Source of the DNA: an uncultured Desulfarculus sp.
GTDB taxonomy: Bacteria; Desulfobacterota; Desulfarculia; Desulfarculales; Desulfarculaceae
NCBI GenBank assembly: GCA_963665125.2
Contig: CAXXUK010000001.1
Coordinates: 2,080,001 to 2,144,000 of the forward strand
Reading direction: 5' to 3'
Length of the DNA stretch: 64,000 bases
Shown: positions 48,309 through 58,152 of the stretch, piece by piece
Layout: each line of letters begins with the position of its first letter
Numbering within the stretch: the stretch's first letter is position 1
Translations under genes and position numbers: made by a program
Notes under the pieces: model-generated
Databases searched by the model: none
Seen by the model: only the letters and a program-made list of their open reading frames with translations
What the model was told of the DNA's origin: nothing

Positions 48309-48345
48309 ATTCGACCTTAAGGTCTATTCCAGAAGCTAACCTAGA

Positions 48346-49593
48346 CTAGAACTTGAAGACACAGTCCAGGAAGAAGGTCTGGAAGGAGTTGGTAGCGCCC
48401 TGAATGTCGTCGTCGACGTTCTGGCCGTCGAAGTAGGACAGGGTGAAGCTGCCGTACTTCCAAGGCTTGTAGCTCAGAGCCACGACGAAGGCCTCGGTGT
48501 TGACGTAGCCGGAGTCGCTGTCGGCGATGAAGCCGGGGGTAGAGTCGGCTTCAACATACTTGTACCAGAAGTCCAGACCGAACTCGGCGTAGGTGGCGCC
48601 GACACCGGCACCCCAAGCGGTGTCCTTCTCGCTGTAAGGACCATCGGCATCGGCGTTGTTCAGGTAGTGGGCCCAAGCGTGGACATCGCCCTTGTCGTTG
48701 TAGGCAAAGCTACCCTTGGCAACGAAGTCCCACACCTTGAAGTTGGTGGTGCGGACGTCGCCATCGGCGTTGGTGTAAACCGGGGTCTTGTGCTGGTTCG
48801 GAGCGAGGTAACCGGGGTTACCCAGGTCCTGCCAGTCGGTGTAGGCAGCGGCCACGACATACTTCATGGCGCCGGCCTCGCCCTTGACACCGGCCTGAGC
48901 GGCGTAGGCGTACAGGTTGTCAGAGGCTTCGCCAGCCTGCTCGACGACCAGGATGGTGCCCAACAGGAAGGGCTGGAAGGTGCCCTTCTTGTTGAAGGTC
49001 AGGTTCAGGAAGGCACCCTCGGGAACCACGTCGCCGTCCCAGATCACCTTGGTGGTGACGAAGGGATTCTTGGCCTTACCGACGGTCAGGTCAGCGATCT
49101 TCTCGGGGATGAAGCCCGGGGTCCACTTGACGTAGGCCTGGTCGACGCCCCAGCTGGTGAACTCGGCGAAGTAGTTGCCGTTGGTCTGGTTGGTGCTGGT
49201 GGGGTCGTCGTCGGAACCGGTAGCCATGCGCAGGCCGACCTCGACGTCCTCATGAATCTGGCTTTTCACGCCGAAGCGCAGGCGGGTGCGCAGACGGTCC
49301 TTGCCGTCTTTGGAACTGCCCTTGAACGAATCGTAGCTGGTGGATTCCCAGCGCAGGCGCAGGTCGCCGAAGAACTTCATGCGCTCGACCCAACCGGGAA
49401 GCTTGGCTTCCTGGGCCGGAGCGGCTTGGGTGGCCTGAACTTGCTGGAGGTCAGTCTTCAGCGTGTTGAGAGTGCTCTCCAGAGCCTTGATTTTGGCCTC
49501 GAGGTCGGCCTGAGTAGCGGCGCTTGCGACGCTAAAGCTCAGGGCCAGGCTCAAAGCCACGGCGGTTACGCCGATCACCTTGAATAATTTCAT
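48346..49593 (-). CDS. putative outer-membrane porin (probably phosphate-related)
   Basis: Signal peptide, coiled coil, GDLRLR.E, RLRTRLRFG, DPTSTNQT, terminal Phe; between pstS and pstC. Confidence 0.82.
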   Translation of the reverse strand: MKLFKVIGVTAVALSLALSFSVASAATQADLEAKIKALESTLNTLKTDLQQVQATQAAPAQEAKLPGWVERMKFFGDLRLRWESTSYDSFKGSSKDGKDRLRTRLRFGVKSQIHEDVEVGLRMATGSDDDPTSTNQTNGNYFAEFTSWGVDQAYVKWTPGFIPEKIADLTVGKAKNPFVTTKVIWDGDVVPEGAFLNLTFNKKGTFQPFLLGTILVVEQAGEASDNLYAYAAQAGVKGEAGAMKYVVAAAYTDWQDLGNPGYLAPNQHKTPVYTNADGDVRTTNFKVWDFVAKGSFAYNDKGDVHAWAHYLNNADADGPYSEKDTAWGAGVGATYAEFGLDFWYKYVEADSTPGFIADSDSGYVNTEAFVVALSYKPWKYGSFTLSYFDGQNVDDDIQGATNSFQTFFLDCVFKF

Positions 49594-49727
49594 TGTCCCT
49601 TTTTCTCCTTAACCAATTTGTTTCCAACCCTATCTTATTTGCCCTATCCGACGGCATAGGGGGACCGCCGGATTGAGCAAAGTATAATTGCTATGGTCAT
49701 ATCGGGCAAGTGACGCTGGTGGTTTTT

Positions 49728-50555
49728 TTAGCGAGCGGCCACAAAACCCTCTTCGACCGCAATCTGCTGGCCCTTGGAACCCATGACGAAATCCAGGAAG
49801 GCCTTGACGGCGCCGGCGGGCTCACCATTGGTGTACATGTACAGTTCGCGGCTGACCGGGTATTTGCCGGTGCGGGCGGTCTCGGCGTTGGCCTCGATGC
49901 CATTGACCTTCAGACCAACCAGGTCCTTGTTCAGGTAGCCGATGCCGACGTAGCCGATGGCGTACTTGTTGCTGGTCACGGCCTGGGCCACGGCGCCGTT
50001 GCTGGCCTGGAGCTGGGCGTCGGGACGCACGCGTTCCTTCTTGAGCACCAGATGGTTCCAAACCTCGAACGTACCGGAGCTGCTGTCGCGGCTGATCACG
50101 ACGACGGGGCTGTCGGAACCGCCGACCTCGTTCCAGTTCTTGACCTTACCGGTATAGATATCCTTCAACTGCTCCAGGGTAAGTTCCTTAACGGTATTTT
50201 TGGGGTTTACGATGGGAACGATGCAGTCCAGGGCCACCACATGCTGAACCAGCTTGACGCCCTTGGTGTCGGCCAGCTTGATTTCCTTGTCCTTGGCGGC
50301 GCGGGAAGCGTCGGCGATGTCGATGGTGCCTTCGATGAGGGCCTTGATGCCGTCACCGGAACCGGTGCCGGAAACGCTGATATTTACGGCATCCGCGTTC
50401 ATTTTCATGTAGACCTCGGCGGCCTTCTGGGCGATGGGCAGCACGGTGGTGGAACCGCTGATGCTGATTTTGTCGGCGGCCAGAGCGGCGCCGCCGATGA
50501 CCATCATGCCGGCCACGGCCATGCAAATAAGGGCCTTGAACATTCTTTTACTCAT
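49728..50555 (-). CDS. pstS: phosphate ABC transporter substrate-binding protein
   Basis: ISGSTTVLP, GTGSGDGI, SRDSSSGT and YPVSRELY motifs; start reassigned to ATG 50555 after AGGAG. Confidence 0.93.
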   Translation of the reverse strand: MSKRMFKALICMAVAGMMVIGGAALAADKISISGSTTVLPIAQKAAEVYMKMNADAVNISVSGTGSGDGIKALIEGTIDIADASRAAKDKEIKLADTKGVKLVQHVVALDCIVPIVNPKNTVKELTLEQLKDIYTGKVKNWNEVGGSDSPVVVISRDSSSGTFEVWNHLVLKKERVRPDAQLQASNGAVAQAVTSNKYAIGYVGIGYLNKDLVGLKVNGIEANAETARTGKYPVSRELYMYTNGEPAGAVKAFLDFVMGSKGQQIAVEEGFVAAR

Positions 50556-50649
50556 TTTTCGAATTCTCCTTCGATTGTTTGCGACAAACCGGCCGCCCAA
50601 ACCATCATGGGCGAGCCAATAAGGTTTGGCGCAACAATAGGCCATCTTT

Positions 50650-50665
50650 GTTACAGCCCGGTTAC
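50650..50665 (-). promoter_or_regulatory. Pho box upstream of pstS
   Basis: Minus strand GTAAC-CGGGCT-GTAAC, 11-bp period, same core as the pstC site. Confidence 0.75.
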
Positions 50666-50715
50666 GGGGTCAAGGCAATTTGTTTGCATCGAAACAACGA
50701 GGAAGAATCAGGGAA

Positions 50716-51294
50716 TTAATTGGCTTTGCCAATCAATTGCGGCCAATCGAGAGTGTATCCCAAGTGCACTTGAATACTGTTGATTCCGTAGTTTCTTTCA
50801 TCGAGGCCGGCGTTGCTGATGTGTCTTAGGCGCAGGCCGCACTCCAGCCAGGCGCCGTCATCCAAGTTGATGCCCAGGCCGGCGCCGACGAAATTCAGAA
50901 AATTGAGCCAGGTGCCCTGCTCGGGAACGCCAAGGGCTTCAAGAGCCGGGCCTGAGCCAAGCTCCAGGTAGGGCGTGATGCCGTCCAGAGGGATATTTCC
51001 CCGCAAGACGGCGACCATGGCCGCCTCCATGCCCACGGTTTCGTTGTACCAGCCGTTGGTTTGCAACTCTGCCCGGAGGTCGATATTCCACTCCTCGAAA
51101 TCGAAAGCCCGCCACTGGACGTCCATCATCAGGCCCAAAGAGCGGAGGTCACGGCCATGTTCGAGATCGACATCCGCTCCGTTGGAAAAGGCGAATCCAC
51201 CGCTCTGGGGTCTTGGAGGCCAGGCCAGCGCCTGGGGGCAGATTGTCAGCATCATCAGCAAAAGCGGTAAAAAAAGCCTTTTCAAACTGGCCAT
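50716..51294 (-). CDS. lipid A 3-O-deacylase (PagL-like)
   Basis: Signal peptide, PYLELGSG, RLRHISNAGL..RN.GIN catalytic His-Ser motif. Confidence 0.8.
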   Translation of the reverse strand: MASLKRLFLPLLLMMLTICPQALAWPPRPQSGGFAFSNGADVDLEHGRDLRSLGLMMDVQWRAFDFEEWNIDLRAELQTNGWYNETVGMEAAMVAVLRGNIPLDGITPYLELGSGPALEALGVPEQGTWLNFLNFVGAGLGINLDDGAWLECGLRLRHISNAGLDERNYGINSIQVHLGYTLDWPQLIGKAN

Positions 51295-52289
51295 GATCTA
51301 TATGTCGCCTCCATATCAGCAGCTGCCGGAACATTGGGAAGTGATTTCGCGCTGCGCACCGCGTCCCAAACGGCCAGCTGGACCAGTCTGGCCGCCATTA
51401 CGCCCAGGCCCACGGGGTCAGCGGGCACCTGGCCGTTGGACAATACGCAAACAAGGTCGCCGTCCACTTCGGACATGCACGGTTCGATACAGCGGGCAAA
51501 GCCGGTCTGGGCCGCCGCCGCTATTTTGAACGCCGCAAGCTTGTCGAGAGCGGCGTTGGTGCTGATTACGGCCAAGGTGGTGTTTTGCGGCGCCGTGACT
51601 GGCACCCATTGGGCGCCGCTCATGAAAAAGGCCCCTGCATCGAGAAATTCTCTGGAATCCGGCCCCTTTCTAGATCCCGCGATTATCCTACCCTGGGCGT
51701 CGATAATATCACCAAAGGCATTGACGACCGCAAGGGCCCCCATGTGGATGTCACCTATCCGTAACGAAGCGCCGCCTACCCCGCCCTTGCAGGCTCCGGC
51801 CAGGCCCAGCAACTTGCCCACCGTCGCCCCGGTGCCCGCGCCCACATTGCCGCGCTCCATATATCCGGCCTTGGCGTTGTCACAGGCTTGCCAGCCCATT
51901 TCCGGCCCGGGCCGTGTCTTGGCGCCGGTGATGGGCAGGTCAAAGATGACCGCGGCGGGCATGCTGGGCACCCGGTAGGGCCCGGCCTGGTTGCCCAGTC
52001 CCCGTTCCTCCAGCCATTTCAGCGCGCCGTCGCTTGCCGACAGCCCGAAGGTGGAGCCGCCGGTAAAAAAAACGCCCTGGACCTTGCGCACCACATGCTC
52101 GGGCTTGAGTCCGTCCATGCCCCTGGTCCCCGTGGCCCAGCCGCCCATGGCCACACCGCCCACCGCGCCCTCGGGGCACAATACGGCCGTGCATCCGGTT
52201 GGCCCTTGTTCATCGGTGGCGTGACCCACCATGAAGCCGGGGACATCGCCGGGCGATCCGAGTGTGTTCAACATCACATCATTAGTCAC
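51282..52289 (-). CDS. P1/S58 (DmpA-like) peptidase
   Basis: GHATD..GPTGCT, TGGSTFGL, GNVGAGTGA, VVNAFGD and NTT motifs. Confidence 0.88.
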   Translation of the reverse strand: MTNDVMLNTLGSPGDVPGFMVGHATDEQGPTGCTAVLCPEGAVGGVAMGGWATGTRGMDGLKPEHVVRKVQGVFFTGGSTFGLSASDGALKWLEERGLGNQAGPYRVPSMPAAVIFDLPITGAKTRPGPEMGWQACDNAKAGYMERGNVGAGTGATVGKLLGLAGACKGGVGGASLRIGDIHMGALAVVNAFGDIIDAQGRIIAGSRKGPDSREFLDAGAFFMSGAQWVPVTAPQNTTLAVISTNAALDKLAAFKIAAAAQTGFARCIEPCMSEVDGDLVCVLSNGQVPADPVGLGVMAARLVQLAVWDAVRSAKSLPNVPAAADMEATYRSWPV

Positions 52290-52440
52290 TTGAACTTTTC
52301 CCCTGAAAATGTTGATACTCTATATAATTCATCTTTCATGTCAATACGGCATATGGCAGTGTTTGACATTGACCGCCGATTGGGCAATGCTAGTACTAGC
52401 TGTATGGCTGGCTAGCACGCAATACCGGCAAGGAGACCAG

Positions 52441-53664
52441 ATGTCACAAATGCACCTGGAGGAAAACCCCCGGAATATCGAGGAAGCTGATATCATAGTA
52501 GCCATTCCGTCTTACCGGGAAGCAAAACTAATCGCCTATCCCACCCAACAAGCCGCTTTGGGTCTGAGTAAGTTTTTCGCCGATAAAAAGGCGGTCCTGA
52601 TCAACTGTGACAACAATTCCGATGACGGAACCAAGGAAGCTTTTTTCGGAGCGGACACCGGTGACATACCACAGATATATTTATCCACACCACCGGGCGT
52701 AAAAGGCAAAGGCAACAACTTCCGCAACCTTTTCCAAAAAGTCTTGGACCTCAAGGCCAAGGCGGTGGTGGTGGTCGATGCCGACCTGAAGTCGATAACG
52801 CCCCAGTGGATAAAGCATTTGGGAGATCCGCTGTTCAATGATTTCGGGTATGTCGCTCCGTTATACGTGCGGCACAAATACGACGGCACCATCACCAATT
52901 CCATCGCCTATCCCCTGACCAGGGGCCTGTACGGCCGCCGGGTCCGTCAACCCATCGGCGGTGATTTCGGTTTTTCGGGAGACCTGGCCAGAATCTATCT
53001 CAACAGCCCCACCTGGACGGAGGCGGTCAGCCAATTCGGCATCGATATATGGATGACCACCCTGGCCATGAACAACAATATCCCCATTTGCCAGGCGTTC
53101 ATGGGCCGTCCCAAGATCCACAAACCCAAGGACCCCGGTTCCGACCTTGGTCCGATGTTCAGCCAGGTAGTGGGCACCATCTTCGACCTGATGACCTACA
53201 GCACCGGTTTTTGGATGCAGGTCAAATGGTCCCGCCCAACGTCAATCTATGGCTTCGGCCTCGGCGAAGTGGAGATGCCTCCACCGGTCAAAGTCACCGA
53301 GGACAAACTTGCATCAAATTTCCGGGAGGGTTTCGGAAAATTCGCCGATGTGTGGCGCGAAGCCTTAACCCCGGACAACATGAACAAAATCGAGGAAATC
53401 TCGGGACTGCCGGACGAGCAATTCGACTTCCCGACGCATATATGGGCAACGCTGCTTTACGACTTCGCCATTGCTTACAAAAACGGCGTGGTCGATAAAG
53501 AGCAACTTCTCAACTCGCTGATACCTATTTATTTCGGAAAAACTCTGTCATACGTTCGGAAAACGGACCGCATGACTATCCAAGAAGCCGAAGAATTCAT
53601 CGAAAACGAGTGCCTGGTCTTTGAGGAGACCAAGCCTTACTTGCTTGAGCGCTGGAGCGCGTGA
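52441..53664 (+). CDS. GT-A glycosyltransferase, glucosylglycerate synthase-like
   Basis: PGVKGKG, VDADL, YVRHKYDGTITN, VRQPIGGDF and FGIDIWMT motifs; ATG 52441 after AGGAG. Confidence 0.75.
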   Translation: MSQMHLEENPRNIEEADIIVAIPSYREAKLIAYPTQQAALGLSKFFADKKAVLINCDNNSDDGTKEAFFGADTGDIPQIYLSTPPGVKGKGNNFRNLFQKVLDLKAKAVVVVDADLKSITPQWIKHLGDPLFNDFGYVAPLYVRHKYDGTITNSIAYPLTRGLYGRRVRQPIGGDFGFSGDLARIYLNSPTWTEAVSQFGIDIWMTTLAMNNNIPICQAFMGRPKIHKPKDPGSDLGPMFSQVVGTIFDLMTYSTGFWMQVKWSRPTSIYGFGLGEVEMPPPVKVTEDKLASNFREGFGKFADVWREALTPDNMNKIEEISGLPDEQFDFPTHIWATLLYDFAIAYKNGVVDKEQLLNSLIPIYFGKTLSYVRKTDRMTIQEAEEFIENECLVFEETKPYLLERWSA

Positions 53665-53681
53665 CCCATTGAGGTGAAATC

Positions 53682-54050
53682 ATGGCCAAAATTTTGATCG
53701 TAGATGATGAAGAACATATCCGCTTCCTGTACGCCGAAGAGCTTGCAGACGAAGGTTACGAGGTGGCCACCGCCGACAGCGGATACAAAATCCTTGAGCG
53801 CATTGAGCAGGAAAAACCAAACCTGGTCGTGTTGGACATCAAGATGGTCGACTACAACGGGCTGGACATATTGCAGGATATCCGCAACAAGTACTACGAC
53901 TTGCCGGTTATCCTCTGTACAGCCTACGACACCTTCAAAGAAGATATGAAATCCATTGCCGCCGACTTTTACGTCATCAAATCCTTTGATCTCACCGAGT
54001 TGAAAAACAAGGTTAAGATGGCCCTGGAGGCGACGGTTCCGGCGACTTAG
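53682..54050 (+). CDS. single-domain response regulator
   Basis: ILIVDDEEHIR, LDIKM, YVIKS. Confidence 0.9.
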   Translation: MAKILIVDDEEHIRFLYAEELADEGYEVATADSGYKILERIEQEKPNLVVLDIKMVDYNGLDILQDIRNKYYDLPVILCTAYDTFKEDMKSIAADFYVIKSFDLTELKNKVKMALEATVPAT

Positions 54051-54074
54051 TTACCATCCAAACATCAAAAACAA

Positions 54075-54106
54075 GAAAGAGACCGGCAAACGCCGGTCTC
54101 TTTTTG
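54075..54106. terminator. bidirectional terminator
   Basis: AAAGAGACCGGC-AAAC-GCCGGTCTCTTTTT between convergent genes. Confidence 0.8.
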
Positions 54107-54125
54107 TCGGTACATATTCGGGGAT

Positions 54126-54425
54126 CTACACCACGTCGTCGACCACCGACCCCGCACCCCGGTCAAACGTGCACGAACCGTCGCGCAACTTGATGTCATC
54201 GCGGTGTGGCTTGTTTGTGGGCTCTTCCTGCGAAGTGGGAGGAACAACGGCCGATCGCTGCGCGGACACGGCTTCAGCCGCGGCCCGGGCGGCCTCGTCG
54301 GCCCTGGCCTGATCCGCCGCCTCCATCCGGGCCTGCTCCAGGGCCAATTGTTCCTGTCGCCTGGCCTCTTCCTCGATGGCGGAGGCATGTCTTGCTGATG
54401 TATCGGATGTTGGCTGTACGGACAT
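54126..54425 (-). CDS. small Ala/Glu/Gln-rich hypothetical protein
   Basis: GGGGAGG RBS, helical low-complexity body, C-terminal GSVVDDVV, followed by a terminator. Confidence 0.65.
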   Translation of the reverse strand: MSVQPTSDTSARHASAIEEEARRQEQLALEQARMEAADQARADEAARAAAEAVSAQRSAVVPPTSQEEPTNKPHRDDIKLRDGSCTFDRGAGSVVDDVV

Positions 54426-54582
54426 GGCACCCTCCCCTTTGATTATATCTTTACCCCAACAAACAACTTTGTCAATGCGTTTGGCATGTTGAAAGGCTTT
54501 GACCTATTGCGCCAACTAAGATAAATTCCTATGCGGATGCCTCTGTAAAAAGTGCTTTTGCCAAGGGAAAGGAAAACACCGC

Positions 54583-55455
54583 TTGGACTCGGACTCACGA
54601 AAGGGCTTTTTAGAAAAGCTGCGCGGCAAACTGGGGCTGACGCGGCATAGCACACCGGAAGAACTGGAAAGAGAAATCGCCGGACTTGTGGACCAGGGAG
54701 AAGCCCAGGGGCTGATCAGCGCCCACGAAGGCGATATGATCGAAGCCGTGCTGGACCTGGCCGAAACAACCGCCGGCCAGATCATGGTGCCGCGCATTGA
54801 TGTGGCCACCGTTCCCGAAACCGCCGAAGTGAGGGAAATAATTAGGGTAATAATCGAATCGGGCCACTCGCGCATACCCGTTCACGGCGCGGACATGGAC
54901 CACATCACCGGCGTGATTCACGCCAAGGATCTGTTGCCTTTTTGGGACGACCCGGACCACGAAGCCACTATAACTGACATCCTCCGCAAACCGTTTTTCG
55001 TGCCCATGTCGATGACAGTGGATCACCTCATGAGTGAATTCCGCAAGAGGCACCTTCATATGGCCATTGTCGTCGATGAATACGGCGGCACGGCGGGCAT
55101 CGTCACCATGGAAGACGTGCTCGAGGAGATAGTCGGCGACATCGTCGATGAATACGACGACGAGCCCCTGCAAATAGAAGAACACGCCAACGGCTGTTTT
55201 ATGGTCGACGCCAAGCTCGAAGTGGAGGAGTTGGCGGAAACAATGACCCTGGAACTGCCCAACGAACTGCCCGAAGGCCGCTTCGAAACCGTAGGCGGCC
55301 TGATCACCACCATCCTGGGCCGCGTTCCGCCCACCGGAGAAATCATCGAATTCGGCCCCATCCGCATGACCGTCAAGGAAGCCGACGAGCGCAGGGTGAC
55401 CAAGGTTTTCGTTGAACCCCGCCAAGAAGACGAAGCCGCCGCCAACGGAGATTGA
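54583..55455 (+). CDS. corC: CBS-domain CorC/HlyC family protein
   Basis: IMVPR, SGHSRIPV and AIVVDEYGGTAGIVTMEDVLEEIVG motifs; upstream of lnt. Confidence 0.85.
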   Translation: MDSDSRKGFLEKLRGKLGLTRHSTPEELEREIAGLVDQGEAQGLISAHEGDMIEAVLDLAETTAGQIMVPRIDVATVPETAEVREIIRVIIESGHSRIPVHGADMDHITGVIHAKDLLPFWDDPDHEATITDILRKPFFVPMSMTVDHLMSEFRKRHLHMAIVVDEYGGTAGIVTMEDVLEEIVGDIVDEYDDEPLQIEEHANGCFMVDAKLEVEELAETMTLELPNELPEGRFETVGGLITTILGRVPPTGEIIEFGPIRMTVKEADERRVTKVFVEPRQEDEAAANGD

Positions 55456-57026
55456 CCGCAATGAAATTCATTGCCAAATGGCGGCCGCCGCTATGGGCCA
55501 TTGCCTTCGCGCCGGTTGCGGGGTTTGCGCTATCGCTGGCCTATCCGCCGCATAATATCTGGTGGATCACCCCCTTGGGCCAAGGCAGCCTGTTTTTCAT
55601 CCCCTATGCACTGGAGCCCCGCAAGACCGTCATAAGCGCCTGGCTGTTCTCCCTGGGATGCGCCATGGGCATGATGTGGTGGCTGACCATCGTCATGACC
55701 CGCTACGGCGGCATGCCAACCGTCATGGCCTGGGGCACCCTGGCCCTTACCATGGGCATCATGGCCCTGTACGCCACCCTGGCCATGGCGGTCATCGCCT
55801 ATCTGCGAGCCTGCGGCATCAGCCCCCTGCTCGGAGCCCCCATTGTCTGGACGGCTTCTGAATGGTTGCGGGGCGTGTTGTTCACCGGCTTTCCCTGGGT
55901 GCCCATGCCCACCGGCCTCGTGGCCCGGCCCGAGTTTCTACAAACCGCCGAGTGGTGGGGTGTCTATGGCATCAGCCTTATCCTGGCCTTTGTCTCGGTA
56001 TTGTTGGCCAGGGCCGCCCTGCCCCTGGTCAAGGGCCGCCGGCCGGGCCGCCCGGAGCTACTTGCCCTGGCCTGCGCCGCGGTCATAATCGCCGCCGGGT
56101 GGTTCTGGGGCGGCGCGCGCATGGACCAGATCAACACCCAGGCCCAGGCCGCGCCCAAACTGGTCACCAGCGTGGTTCAGGGCGACGTGCGCATTGAAGA
56201 GCTCTGGAACCGCAAGATGCGCTATGAAATTCTCCAGCGTCAGGCCGACCTCAGCGCCGAGGCCGCGGCCGAAGCCGCCAGCCGGCCCTGGCTTATCATC
56301 TGGCCCGAATCCAGCGTGCCGTATTACATTGGCTACGACAAGCAAGGCGACCAGATGCTTTTTGACACCGCCAGCCGGCTCCAGGCCTACCTGGCGGTGG
56401 CCTCCCTGGGCGCGGTTTTCCAGGACGGCAAGACCATGACCAGCAACCGATCCTGGCTCATCGGCCCCCGGGGCGATATAATCGGCTACTATGACAAGGC
56501 CCATCTGGTGCCGTTCGGCGAATATGTGCCCATGAAGAAAATATTGTTCTGGGTGCGGGCCATTGCCCAGATCGGCGAAGACCAGTACCCCGGCCAACCT
56601 GGCAAGGGCCTGCAATTCGAACATGTCAGGCTGGGACCGCTGATCTGTTACGAGTCGATTTTCGCCTATTTGTCCGGGGCCCAGAGGCAAAACGGAGCCA
56701 ACCTGTTGATCAACCAGACCAACGACGGCTGGTACGGCGACAGCGGGGCTTCGGCCCAGCACATGAGTCATCTGGTCTTCCGCTGCATCGAGACCCGCCT
56801 GGCCTGCGCCAGGGCGGCATTGACCGGAATCAGCGGATTCACAATGCCCGACGGCTCCATGGCCCGAACCATCGATTTGCATACAAGGGGCGTGGCAACC
56901 ATGCGCCTGCCCCTGATGAATATAGAGACTTTTTACGTGCGCCATGGTGAAATAGCAGGGCCCCTATGCGCGATGTTGTGCGTGCCGCTGATTTTTTGGG
57001 GCTGGCTGCGGCGCAGAAAAAAATAG
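55452..57026 (+). CDS. lnt: apolipoprotein N-acyltransferase
   Basis: EWLRG..FTGFPW, IWPES, YDKAHLVPFGEY, LICYE and TNDGWYG motifs. Confidence 0.95.
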   Translation: MTAMKFIAKWRPPLWAIAFAPVAGFALSLAYPPHNIWWITPLGQGSLFFIPYALEPRKTVISAWLFSLGCAMGMMWWLTIVMTRYGGMPTVMAWGTLALTMGIMALYATLAMAVIAYLRACGISPLLGAPIVWTASEWLRGVLFTGFPWVPMPTGLVARPEFLQTAEWWGVYGISLILAFVSVLLARAALPLVKGRRPGRPELLALACAAVIIAAGWFWGGARMDQINTQAQAAPKLVTSVVQGDVRIEELWNRKMRYEILQRQADLSAEAAAEAASRPWLIIWPESSVPYYIGYDKQGDQMLFDTASRLQAYLAVASLGAVFQDGKTMTSNRSWLIGPRGDIIGYYDKAHLVPFGEYVPMKKILFWVRAIAQIGEDQYPGQPGKGLQFEHVRLGPLICYESIFAYLSGAQRQNGANLLINQTNDGWYGDSGASAQHMSHLVFRCIETRLACARAALTGISGFTMPDGSMARTIDLHTRGVATMRLPLMNIETFYVRHGEIAGPLCAMLCVPLIFWGWLRRRKK

Positions 57027-57037
57027 GAGTACGAATC

Positions 57038-58145
57038 ATGCTGTTCGAAGAAATGAAACAAACCCTTGGCGATCTCAAACACCGCTTGGATGTGATCCGG
57101 GAGTATCTTTGACCCCGCCTCTAAAAAACAACGTCTGGCCGAACTAGACAAGATCATGGCCAAGGCCGACTTCTGGGACGACCAGGACCAGGCCAAACAA
57201 GTAACCAAAGAACACAACGAGCTAACCGGCAGCGTCGAACAACTGGCCCAACTTTCAGGCAAACTCGACGACGCCGAGGTCCTGCTGGAGCTTGGCCAGG
57301 AAGAGGACGACCAGTCCGTTGACAGCGAAATCAAGGCCGCCTGCAAAGAGCTCGAACGCGATATCAGCCGTCTGGAGGCCTCGCGTCTGCTGGGCGGGCC
57401 CGACGACCACCGCAGCGCCATCCTGGCCATCAACTCCGGGGCCGGCGGCACCGACGCCCAGGACTGGGCCCAGATTCTCATGCGGCTCTACATCCGCTAT
57501 GCCGAGCGCAGCGGCTTCGAAGTCGTCGAACTGGACATGCAGGACGGCGACGAGGCGGGCATCAAAAGCGTGACCCTGGAGGTAAACGGCTCCAAGGCCT
57601 ACGGTCTGCTCAAGGGCGAAAGCGGCATCCACCGTCTGGTGCGCATCAGCCCCTTTGACGCCAACCACCGCAGGCACACGGCGTTTTCCTCGGTGTATGT
57701 CTCGCCCCAGGTGGACGATGATATCGAGATCGAAATCAAGGAATCGGACCTGCGCATCGACACCTACCGGGCCTCGGGCGCGGGCGGCCAGCACGTCAAC
57801 AAGACCAGCTCGGCCGTGCGCATCACCCACCAGCCCACCGGAGTGGTCGTCCAGTGCCAAAATGAAAAAAGCCAGCACCGCAACAAGGACCTGGCCATGA
57901 AGGTGCTCAAGGCCCGGCTCTATGAAATAGAGCTGCAAAAACGCGAGGCCGAGAAAAAAGAAGTGCACTCCAGCCACCAGGAAATCGCCTGGGGCAGCCA
58001 GATCCGCTCCTATGTCCTGGCCCCCTACCGCCTGGTCAAAGACCACCGCACCGGCGTGGAAGTGGGCAACGTCGACGCCGTCCTCGATGGCGACCTCGAC
58101 GACTTCATCCAGGGCTACCTCCTGTGGCGCAGCAATCAGAATTGA
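57038..58145 (+). CDS. prfB: peptide chain release factor 2, programmed +1 frameshift
   Basis: ATG 57038 after AGGAG, 24 codons to CTT-TGA-C (57107-57113); the +1 frame continues into the ORF with SPF and GGQ motifs. Confidence 0.97.
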
Positions 58146-58152
58146 TAAAACA

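Noticed and set aside
50716..50760. PagL-like protein extends past the expected terminal aromatic residue (YTLDW-PQLIGKAN)
   Set aside because: Could be a benign short extension; not enough evidence to call a pseudogene
54430..54500. sigma70 or sigma28 promoter for the 99-aa gene
   Set aside because: TTGACA and TATAAT are 22 bp apart, and the sigma28-like match is poor
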